The notes under the pieces were generated by a model, which saw only the letters and a list, made by a program, of their open reading frames with translations, did not search any database and was not told the origin of the DNA. Below, one piece after another: positions 50,981 to 60,562 of a DNA stretch of 64,000 nucleotides. The translations under genes and the position numbers were made by a program. Source of the DNA: an uncultured Gemmatimonadales bacterium (GTDB lineage: Bacteria > Gemmatimonadota > Gemmatimonadetes > Gemmatimonadales > Gemmatimonadaceae); contig CAVPQB010000004.1 in NCBI GenBank assembly GCA_963707505.1, positions 160,001 through 224,000 of the forward strand. Reading direction: 5' to 3'. Positions within the stretch are counted from its first letter, which is position 1. Every line of letters begins with the position of its first letter.

Positions 50981-52557
50981 ATGAGAACACTCGATTCCAG
51001 CGTTCGCGCTGTTGATCGCCGGCTGTCAGGACCTCGCGGTCACTGATCCAAACGCACCTGACCGCGCGCGCGCAACAAAGGCTCCGGTATCGGCCGAGAC
51101 GTTCGTCTCGAGCTCGTTCCGCACCTGGTGGCCTGTTGCTGGCCACGGGAACTATCCGTCGTGGGCATTTTCCACGGTTGCTCACGACGTTACTTCGGGC
51201 TTCGCGGACTTCGGCCAGCTGGAGATTTCCACGGAGCCGCGCGCGGCGTGGAATAACAGTCCGGTCAACACGCAGAACAGCGTCAATCAGAGGCCGTGGT
51301 ACGATCTGTACAGCACGATCTCCACGGTGAACGACGCGCTCATCGCGATTGATTCGGGCCTCGTTATCGGTGATGCGGCGCGTACGACGCGTACGCGTGC
51401 CGTCGGCAAGTTCATGCAGGGCATGTCGCACGGATACCTCGGTCTCTACTTCGACTCGGCGTTCGTCGCCAACGAGAAGCTCGCGCTCGACACGATCACG
51501 ACGCCGCAATTCCAGCCGTATCCGGAAGTGATCAAGGCAGCGATCAGTCAGCTCGATACTGCGATTGCGATTTCCAAAACCGCCAACTTCACGTTGCCGG
51601 GTGATTCTTGGCTGTTCGCAGCGATGGACCAGAACGGTTTTGCAAGTCTGGCGAATTCGTTCGCAGCGCGACTGCTGGCATATTCGCCGCGCACGAGTGC
51701 TGACCGCGCTGCGGTGGACTGGAACGAGGTGATCCGTCGAATCGACGCCGGCATCACGACTGACTTCGCGCCCACGGCGCAGCCGAACATGCTGTGGGAT
51801 GACTGGCAGCGTCTCGCTGCCCGCGTTCGCAGTGGACCGCCGAGCGACTACGGACGTCCGAGCTACTGGCTACTCGGTCCGGCCGACTCGAGCGGTGGAT
51901 ATCAAAACTGGATCAACACGCCGCTGACGAGCCGCCAGCCATTCCAGATGCGTACGCAGGGATCGTCGCATACAGGGGGCAGCCGGTCCGACAGCCACCG
52001 GCAAGTACATCGGTTACAATGCGTCGTCGATTGGAGCCGCGAGCCGCGGCTCGTATCGGTATTCGTACTACTACTACATCCGAAATGGTACCGGCACGAG
52101 CTGGCAGAGCGGTCCGATTCCGGACATGACGCGCACCGAGATGGACTTGCTGAAGGCAGAGGCGTTGATCCGGCTCGGTCGCGCCAGCGAGGCTGTACCG
52201 CTCATCAACAAGACACGCGTCGCAAACGGACAACTTCCCCCGGTGACCGTCGATGGGCCGCCAGACGAACCAGGCTGTGTGCCGCGAAAGCTGAGCGGAG
52301 CGTGCGGCAGTCTTTGGGACGCTCTTCGTTATGAGAAGGGAATCGAGAACTACGGTGTGAACGGAGTCATCGCATTCTTTGACGCGCGCGGATGGCAGAC
52401 GTTGCCGGAGAACAGCATTGTTCAGCTGCCGGTTCCCGGCGCGGAGTTGGCGACGCTGCGTCGTCCGCTCTACACCTACGGAGGTGCGGGTAATCCGGGT
52501 AGTGCACCAGCGCCGGCACCGGAGAAGTGCCCAGTCCCGCTGGCGCGATGCCAGTAA
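50981..52557 (+). CDS. SusD/RagB-like lipoprotein (frameshifts near 51000 and 51960)
   Basis: IAGC lipobox; follows SusC; EMDLLKAEALIRLG...LINKTR, ALRYEKGIE, LPVPGAEL. Confidence 0.85.
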
Positions 52558-55317
52558 GGCTTTGCAGAGCGCGGCGATTGTTGCTGGCCGGCACGCTTGT
52601 TTCGGGTGCCGGTCTGCTATCACCGCGCACCGCGCGCGCTCAGGCGACTTCGCCCGACCAGGCAGCGTCTGTGCTTGCAGACTATCAGTGGCGCAACATC
52701 GGTCCCGGCTCGCCAGGCGGACGCATCACCGACGTCGAGGCGCTGGATACGGACTTCCGTTTCGTGATCGCGGCCGCTGCCTCCGGCGGAGTCTGGAAGA
52801 GCACCAACGCAGGCACGACATGGACGCCGATCTTCGATCATTATGGATCGTCGTCGATCGGCGACATCAAGATATACCAGCCTGATCCACGCATCCTGTG
52901 GGTCGGCACCGGTGAGGCGAACAACCGCAACAGCGTTGCGTGGGGCGACGGAATTTACAAGTCTACCGATGGTGGTGAAACGTTCACCAACGTCGGACTG
53001 CGCAACACGTTCCAGATTGCGCGCATCGTCACGCATCCCAGAAGTCCGGATACGGTGTACGTTGCGGCAATCGGAAATCTCTGGGCGTCGACTGGTGATC
53101 GTGGCGTGTTCAAGACCACCGACGGCGGCAAGAGCTGGGAGAAGCTCGCCGGTGGACTGCCGAGCGATCCCAAAATCGGCGCTACCGACGTGGTGATGGA
53201 TCCAGGCGATCCAAACATTCTGTACGCCGCATTCTATCAGCGCCAGCGTCTTCCGTGGCGATACAACGCCGGCAGCACTGACGGTGGAATCTTCAAGACG
53301 ACCGACGGTGGAAAGACGTGGGCAAAGCTCACGACCGGACTGCCAACGGGTGAGACCGGCCGTATTGGACTCGACATATACCACAAGAATCCAAAGATTC
53401 TCATGGCGATCGTCGAGGCCACGCCCGGCTCGGAGAATCTTGCGACAGCTGGCTCCGGCATCTATCGCAGCGAGGACGGCGGTGCGAAGTGGACGTACCT
53501 CAATCGCTACAACAACAGACCATTCTATTACAGCCAGATTCGCATCAACCCGTCCGACGATCAGCTCGTGTACGTGCTCACGACGAGCTTCCAGTGGTCG
53601 ACGGACGGCGGCAGGACGTTCGAGGCGGCGCGCGCGCCGTTCGGCCCCAACTACGATCATCACGCGATGTGGATCGATCCGGCACACAAGGATCGCTTCT
53701 ACCTTGGCAAGGACAAGGGCCTGACGCTCACGCACGATAACGGATCCAGTTTCATCTTCTTCGACAATCTGCCGATCATGCAGGCGTATAAGGTCGCTGT
53801 CGACATGCGCACGCCATACGCCATCTATGCGGGACTGCAGGACAACGGCACTATCGGGACTATGAGCTTCACGCGCGACGCACTCGGCGTTCGCAACGAC
53901 GCTGCGTGGAAGCTGCACTGGGACGATGGTCAGTACGTCGCAGTCGATCCGCGCGACTGGCGCACCGTGTACTCGGAAGGCACACAGGCATCTTTTCGTG
54001 TCGTCGATCCGGTCGGGCACACTGATACCGATCGGCGAATCACGCGAAGCGAGAATTGTCAATTTCAAGGACGTAGCTCCACCTGTAAGAAAAGGCGATC
54101 CGCTTCCGCGACTTCGCTTCAACTGGTCTTCGCCGTACATCCTCTCGCCGCACGATCCCGACGTCCTGTACTACGGATCCAACTATCTGCTCAAGTCAAC
54201 CGACAAGGGCGTGACGTGGAAGGCGATCAGCAAGGATCTGTCGAAACACGATCCATCGAAGAACGGAGTCGGAACGGGCGGCCTCACTCCTGAAGAAACA
54301 GGCGCAGAGGGTTACGCGACGATCTTCTCCGTTTCCGAATCTCCAGTTGCGAAGGGAACGATTTGGGCCGGCACAGACGATGGAAATGTGTGGTTGACGC
54401 GCAATGACGGTGCCACGTGGACCGAAGTCGACGTGAACATCCCCGATGTACCGAAGGGAACGTGGGTGAGTCGGATAGTCGCGTCTGCGACGGATGCGAA
54501 TACTGCGTACGTATCATTCGATGGCCATCGCAGCGACAACCGCGCTCCGTGGTTGTTCAGAACGACTGACGGCGGCAAGACATGGAAGAACCTGTCTGCC
54601 GGACTCGCGCAGAATTCGCCGGTATACGTGATCGAGGAAGATTCGAAAAATACGAATCTACTCTTCGTCGGGACCGAGCACGGTGTGCAGGTTTCTCTCG
54701 ATCGCGGCAACACGTGGCGGCCGATGCAGAATGGCCTGCCGGTTGTTGCCGTCTATGACATAGTCATTCATCCACGCGATCGCGACGTCATACTCGGCAC
54801 GCACGGCCGCGGCATCTACATTCTGGACGACATCACGGCGCTCGAAGAATGGAACCCAGCGTTGGCCACGACAGCCGCGCATCTGTTCGCGCAGCATCCC
54901 GCCACGATATGGGTGGACCAGAGTCGCAGCGGGCAGCTCGGTGAGAACACGTACGCAGGCGAGAATCCTCCGTACATCGAGCCGATCAACTACCAGATGC
55001 GCGACCGCTCGCACATCGTGAACACGCCGCTGATCACGTTCAGCCTTGGCGCCGGCGCATCGGGAACCGCTACACTCGATATTACGAGCCCGGATGGACA
55101 CACGCGCACGCTATCGATGCCGGCCAAAGCTGGGATCACGCGGTACGCGTGGGATGGTCGGATGGAAGCACCGATGACTGGCGGAGCGGGTGCGCGCGCG
55201 CGTCGTGGGCCGGCACCAGTCATCGCCCCCGGCGTGTACAAGCTCAGGCTCACGTACGGCGGTAGTACGTCAAGCGGGAGCATCGTGGTACGGCCCGATC
55301 CGTTGTTGAATCGGTAA
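52527..55317 (+). CDS. VPS10/sortilin-like BNR-repeat protein (frameshift near 54045)
   Basis: WRNIGPGSPGGRI, repeated S/TxDGGxxW Asp-boxes, RFNWSSP, GTHGRG. Confidence 0.9.
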
Positions 55318-55338
55318 TTGGAGCGGGTAGAATAGTAG

Positions 55339-55380
55339 AAAGAGTCGTCATTCCCACGAAAGCGGGAATGACGACTCTTT
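55339..55380. repeat. REP/dRS3-like palindrome, likely also a terminator
   Basis: aaagagtcgtcattccc-acgaaagc-gggaatgacgactcttt; core ATTCCC-N8-GGGAAT. Confidence 0.8.
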
Positions 55381-55388
55381 TCGTTCCC

Positions 55389-55660
55389 CTACTGTGAATC
55401 CGTGCTCACGATCACTGCCCGCTTGATGTAATCCAGCTTCGGGAACGCGCGCTCCAGGTACGCGTTTCCGCCGGCTTCGATGAGACCCTGCTTGCCGGCC
55501 GGCACTCGGCCGCCGGCGCCTTAGTCATAGCCCGAATAGATGCGCAGCACCGCATCCATCTCGCTCGGCACCTCGGCACGGGGACGTCCGGTGCTTCCAG
55601 GCTGCAATGACTGCGGGGTAGCCGTCGAGCGCGAACTGCGCCAGGCTTGGGGGCGACGGA
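55389..55660 (-). pseudogene. Cyclophilin-type peptidyl-prolyl isomerase relic (internal deletion and nonsense codon)
   Basis: LAQFALDGYPAVIAAWKHRT in one frame, then MDAVLRIYSGYD*GAGG...QGLIEAGGNAYLERAFPKLDYIKRAVIV*. Confidence 0.72.
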
Positions 55661-55835
55661 ATTGGTGCTGCTCGGAGGTCCTTTTGAGCAGGAATACGCC
55701 GCTCACCCCTCATATGTGACCGTTCACGGGTTCCGGCTTGTCAGTAACCGCATCCGGGATACTTTATCCGTGGGAAAGAAATCTGTGTTACATTCGTACC
55801 ATTTCCCAATACCGGGTCGCCAAGGAGGAAAAAGG

Positions 55836-58800
55836 ATGGGACGTCTCGTTCGACTCACCACCGTGCTCATGGGTGCGCTGGCGCTAATGCCGAGCTGGTC
55901 ACACGCTCAGGGTAGTGCCCAGGTCACCGGACGCGTGACAGCCGAGGGCGGTGCGCCGCTGCCGGGTGCCAGCGTCTTTGTCACTGGAATGAACATCGGG
56001 TCCACGACCGGGGAGGACGGGCGTTACGCGTTCACCGTCTCCGCGGACCGGATCACCGGCAAGGCCGTCACGCTCACGGCGCGACGCATCGGATACAAGA
56101 TCGGAACCGCATCGATCGTTCTCACCTCGGGGACGAACACTCACGACTTCACGCTCACCGCGACGACTACTGCACTCGAAGGCGTGGTCGTCACCGCGCT
56201 CGGTATCCAGCGCGACAAGCGATCGCTCGGTGTGGCCCAGACCAGCGTCAGCGCGAGTGAGCTCACCGCAGCACGCGAGCCCAACATCGTCAATGCGCTC
56301 GCGGGCAAGGTGCCCGGCGTCGAGATCACCAACGACGGACCGCCAGGCGGATCTTCCCGCATCGTGATCCGCGGCGAGAACTCGATTACAGGCAACAACC
56401 AGCCGCTCTTCGTGGTGGATGGTATTCCGATCGACAACTCGTCCAGCACCAATAGCGGATTTGGCGGATTCGACTTCGGCAACGCGGCTTCGGACATCAA
56501 TCCTGACGACATCGAGTCGATCAGCGTTCTGGCCGGTGCCAATGCAGCCGCACTGTACGGCGCGCGCGCCGCGAACGGCGCGATCGTGATCACGACGAAG
56601 ACCGGCAAGGGCACGCAAGGTATGGGTGTCAAGGTGAGCCAGAATCTCACCTTCGAGACGCCGCTCCGACTGCCCGAGTTTCAGAACGTGTACGGTCAGG
56701 GCTCTGGCGGGAACTTCGCGTACAAGGACGGTAAGGGTGGCGGAATAAGCGACAACGTCAACCGCAGCTGGGGTCCCAAGATGGACGGCCGGCCGATCGT
56801 TCAGTGGTGGAGCAACGGAGTGCCCGAGCCCTGGGTGCCCGCGCCGAACAACGTCTCGGACTTCTTCAATACCGGCCGCACTTCAACGACGAACGTCGCG
56901 GTTACCGCAGCCGGTCCGCGCTCGGATGTCCGCATCAGCGCGACCAATCTGGACGTGAAGTCGATCTATCCAACCAACACGCTCCAGCGCCTCAACCTCA
57001 GCATGAACGGCGGTGCGCAGATAACGTCCAAGCTGAGCACGCGCGCGAACGTTCAGTACATCCAGGATCGGAATCAGAACCGCCCGCAGACGGGTTACAA
57101 CGCCAACAGCGCGATCTTCAATCTCATGATCTGGGGCGGCCGCCAGCGCGACCTCCCGCACATGAAGAATTACATCAATCCTGACGGCACCCAGAACGGA
57201 CCGAACCACACGACCACCAACAATCCATACTGGGACGTGTACGCGGACCCCAACGCTGACACGCGCGATCGCGTGATCGGCTCCGGCGACGTGACGTACA
57301 AGTTCAACGACTGGTTGACTGGTATGGCCAGAACTGGAACCGACTGGCACCGCGACTGGCGCAAGCAGGAATATGCCAACGGTAACATCGGTGTCGATTA
57401 CGCCGGCGGCGCGTTCTTCGAGCAGAATCTCTTCGTTCGCGAGACGAACAGCGACTTTCTGCTCACCGCTGATAAGAAGCCCATTGGCAAGCTCGGGATG
57501 ACGTTCAATTTCGGCGGTAACCGCCGCGACAACGCCTCCAGCAATTACAACGACGGTACACCGCACCTCGTAATTCCCGGCACGTTCAACATCGGGAACT
57601 CCGCAGTCACGCCGCAGGTCTCGTCGTTCGCGTCAGCTCGCCAGACCAACAGCTTGTACGGCCAGGCCCAGTTCTCGTGGGACAATTACCTGTTCCTCGA
57701 CGCGACCGGCCGCAACGATTGGTCGTCCACGCTCCCCCAGGGAAACAACTCGTACTTCTATCCCTCGGTGTCGGGCAGCTTCGTCTTCACCGACGCGGTT
57801 CCGGCGCTTCACCTCGGCGGATTGCTCTCATACGGAAAACTGCGCGCAAGCTGGGCGCAGGTCGGCAACGACGCCGATCCATATCAGCTTGCGGTGACGT
57901 ATTCGCCCGGCACTCCGTTCGGATCGATTCCGCGCTTCACCGTGCCGGATCAGATTCCGAACTCGAATCTCAAGCCTGAGCGCACACGCTCATGGGAGAC
58001 TGGCGCCGAGCTGCGTTTCCTCGACGATCGCGTTTCGTTCGACGGATCGTACTACAACAAGCTCACGAGCGATCAGATCATTCCCGCTCAGATCACGTCG
58101 ACGATCGGATACACATCGGCCGTCGTCAATGCTGGCTCGCTGCGTAACCACGGTATCGAAGGCCAGCTCAACGTCACACCGATCAAGCACGGCAGCTTCC
58201 AGTGGGATGTCACGGGGAACTATGCGAGAAACCGGAGCGAGGTCGTAAGTCTGTACAAGGGACTGCAGACCGTCGTGCTCGGCACCTACTGGGGACTCAG
58301 CGTCGAGGCTCGCGCGAATCAGCCGTACGGAACCTTGTACGGCAATCCATATCTGCGCAACGCCCAGGGCCAGCTGGTCACGCTCAATGGCCTTCCGCAG
58401 ATCGATCCGACACAGCGTGTGCTCGGACACTATTCGCCGAACTGGATCGGTGGCCTGCAGAACAAGTTCCACTATGGCCACTGGGATTTCAGCTTCCTCT
58501 TCGACACCAAGCAGGGTGGTCAGATCTTCAGCACCACCAAGATGTTCGGCGAGGAGTCGGGAGTGCTCAAGTCTTCGTTGCTCGGCCGCGAGACGGCTGA
58601 GTCGCTCACCGATGGCGGCGGACTGATCGTCAGCGGTGTGAATGCGGATGGAAGTCCGAACACGACGAAGGTTACATCACAGGCGTATTTCAACTCCCTG
58701 TTCCAGAACCACGAAGCCAACATAGTGAGTGCAACCTTCACCAAGCTGCGTGAAGTGAGACTCAACTATGAGGTGCCGCAATCGGTGGCCAACCGATTCC

Positions 58801-58970
58801 GTGTCTCGGCGATGAACGTCGCGTTCGTTGGACGGAATCTGTGGCTGCATGCCGCGGCTCCGGACATCGACCCGGAGACTGCGTTCGATAACAGCAACGT
58901 TCAGGGAATCGAGTTCATCGGTGTCCCATCCACGAAGAGCCTCGGCTTTTCCGTCAACGTCACGCCGTGA
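55836..58970 (+). CDS. SusC/RagA family TonB-dependent transporter (intact)
   Basis: AAGGAGG RBS; VVVTALGI, PLFVVDGIP, DINPDDIESISVLAGANAAALYGARAANG, RNDWSSTL, NLKPE, TKLREV. Confidence 0.95.
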   Translation: MGRLVRLTTVLMGALALMPSWSHAQGSAQVTGRVTAEGGAPLPGASVFVTGMNIGSTTGEDGRYAFTVSADRITGKAVTLTARRIGYKIGTASIVLTSGTNTHDFTLTATTTALEGVVVTALGIQRDKRSLGVAQTSVSASELTAAREPNIVNALAGKVPGVEITNDGPPGGSSRIVIRGENSITGNNQPLFVVDGIPIDNSSSTNSGFGGFDFGNAASDINPDDIESISVLAGANAAALYGARAANGAIVITTKTGKGTQGMGVKVSQNLTFETPLRLPEFQNVYGQGSGGNFAYKDGKGGGISDNVNRSWGPKMDGRPIVQWWSNGVPEPWVPAPNNVSDFFNTGRTSTTNVAVTAAGPRSDVRISATNLDVKSIYPTNTLQRLNLSMNGGAQITSKLSTRANVQYIQDRNQNRPQTGYNANSAIFNLMIWGGRQRDLPHMKNYINPDGTQNGPNHTTTNNPYWDVYADPNADTRDRVIGSGDVTYKFNDWLTGMARTGTDWHRDWRKQEYANGNIGVDYAGGAFFEQNLFVRETNSDFLLTADKKPIGKLGMTFNFGGNRRDNASSNYNDGTPHLVIPGTFNIGNSAVTPQVSSFASARQTNSLYGQAQFSWDNYLFLDATGRNDWSSTLPQGNNSYFYPSVSGSFVFTDAVPALHLGGLLSYGKLRASWAQVGNDADPYQLAVTYSPGTPFGSIPRFTVPDQIPNSNLKPERTRSWETGAELRFLDDRVSFDGSYYNKLTSDQIIPAQITSTIGYTSAVVNAGSLRNHGIEGQLNVTPIKHGSFQWDVTGNYARNRSEVVSLYKGLQTVVLGTYWGLSVEARANQPYGTLYGNPYLRNAQGQLVTLNGLPQIDPTQRVLGHYSPNWIGGLQNKFHYGHWDFSFLFDTKQGGQIFSTTKMFGEESGVLKSSLLGRETAESLTDGGGLIVSGVNADGSPNTTKVTSQAYFNSLFQNHEANIVSATFTKLREVRLNYEVPQSVANRFRVSAMNVAFVGRNLWLHAAAPDIDPETAFDNSNVQGIEFIGVPSTKSLGFSVNVTP

Positions 58971-59004
58971 CCGCCACCCAATACTCACAGAATGAGATGA
59001 GCAT

Positions 59005-60492
59005 ATGAGACTCTCAACAACAATCGGCGTGACGTCCGCGCTTGCTCTTGCACTACTGGCAAGCGGATGCGACAACAGCGGCCTTACCGGAATCAACAAG
59101 AATCCGAACGCGCCAGGCAGTGTAACTCCTCAGTTCCTGTTTCCGACGGCCATTACAGACGTCGTCGGGCGCGCGCGCGGCGGGAGCTTCGATCTGACGC
59201 TCACGTCGCTCTGGGCGCAGCACATCGCAATGGACCGTTTCACGGACGAGGACACGTATTCGATTCGGCCCGACAACATCAACGGATACTGGTCGGGTTT
59301 CTACGCCGGAGGTCTGCAGGATCTGGCGACGATTCTCGCGAGCACGAGTCAGACCGACAGCGCGAACATCGTCGCACCAGCGCTCGTGATGAAGTCGTGG
59401 ACGTTCGGCATCATGACCGACATATGGGGTGACATCCCATACTCGCAGGCCAACAAATCCGATCCTTCATCGCCGCCGCAATACGACCCGCAGAAGACCA
59501 TCTATGCGGGAATACTCGCCGACCTCAAGACGGCCAGCGACATCAGCGCGCCCGGCGGTGCGAATTATGGAACCGCAGATCTGATCTACAACGGCGACGC
59601 GACGAAGTGGAAGAAGTTCGCCAACTCGCTTCGCCTCCGTTATGCGCTGCGCCTGTCCAAGGTCGATCCGACCACGGCACAGACACAGGTCGCGGCAGCG
59701 ATCGCAGCTGGTGTGTTCACCTCGAACGCTGACAACGCGCTGCTCAAGTGGCCCGGTGACGGCACGAACAACAATCCGATCTACGCCAACTTCGTGACGC
59801 GCGACGACCAGCACATGAGCCAGACGCTGGTGAATATCTTGAAGAGCCTGTATATCTCGATCGGACCGACGCCGGCAGATACGGTGTTCGATCCGCGCCT
59901 TGCGGTGTACGCCGACCCGATAATCTCGAGCCCGAGCAAGCCGCTCTACGTCGGTGCACCGAACGGATTGCAGGACGATGCCGCAATCGCAATCGGGATC
60001 AACAACACATCACGCGTTGGCATTGCATATCGCGGCAAGGCGACTCCGTCGATCCTGATGGCGTATTCCGAAGTGCTGTTCGATGAAGCAGAAGCCGCCG
60101 CGCGTGGCTGGGCACCGGGCGATGCCGCTGCGCTGTACAACGCCGGTATTCAGGCGTCGATGCAGTACAACGGAATCGCGGACAACGTGACAGCGGCGTA
60201 CATCGCCTCGCCTCGCGTTGCGTACTCGCCGGCAACCGGTCTGCAGCAGATCGCGCTGCAACGCTGGATCGCGCTGTTCTCTGAGGGAACGGAAGCATAC
60301 AGTTCCTGGCGCCGCACTGGCGTGCCGGATCTCAAACCCGGTCCGGCCGCGATCACGTCGCCGCAGGTGGTGCCGCGCCGCCTTACCTACCCGGTGTCGG
60401 AGCAGTCATTCAACGATGCCGCACTGCAGGCCGCTAGCGCCGCGCAGGGCGGAGCAACGCTGAACGGCCGCGTCTGGTGGGACAAGCCGTAG
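59005..60492 (+). CDS. SusD/RagB family lipoprotein
   Basis: LASGC lipobox; TDIWGDIPYSQA, WKKFANSLRLRYALRL, IALQRWIALF, PRRLTYP, VWWDK. Confidence 0.95.
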   Translation: MRLSTTIGVTSALALALLASGCDNSGLTGINKNPNAPGSVTPQFLFPTAITDVVGRARGGSFDLTLTSLWAQHIAMDRFTDEDTYSIRPDNINGYWSGFYAGGLQDLATILASTSQTDSANIVAPALVMKSWTFGIMTDIWGDIPYSQANKSDPSSPPQYDPQKTIYAGILADLKTASDISAPGGANYGTADLIYNGDATKWKKFANSLRLRYALRLSKVDPTTAQTQVAAAIAAGVFTSNADNALLKWPGDGTNNNPIYANFVTRDDQHMSQTLVNILKSLYISIGPTPADTVFDPRLAVYADPIISSPSKPLYVGAPNGLQDDAAIAIGINNTSRVGIAYRGKATPSILMAYSEVLFDEAEAAARGWAPGDAAALYNAGIQASMQYNGIADNVTAAYIASPRVAYSPATGLQQIALQRWIALFSEGTEAYSSWRRTGVPDLKPGPAAITSPQVVPRRLTYPVSEQSFNDAALQAASAAQGGATLNGRVWWDKP

Positions 60493-60506
60493 TATTGATC
60501 ATGACA

Positions 60507-60543
60507 GCAAACCGGGGACGGTGTTTCACCGTCCCCGGTTTGC
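60507..60543 (+). terminator. Hairpin after SusD
   Basis: gcaaaccggggacggtg-ttt-caccgtccccggtttgc. Confidence 0.8.
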
Positions 60544-60562
60544 GTAATGGAGAACTATCCGC

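Noticed and set aside
947..54100. Programmed ribosomal frameshifting in the amidase, kinases or BNR gene
   Set aside because: No consistent slippery heptamers; single-base indels are more simply explained as sequencing error
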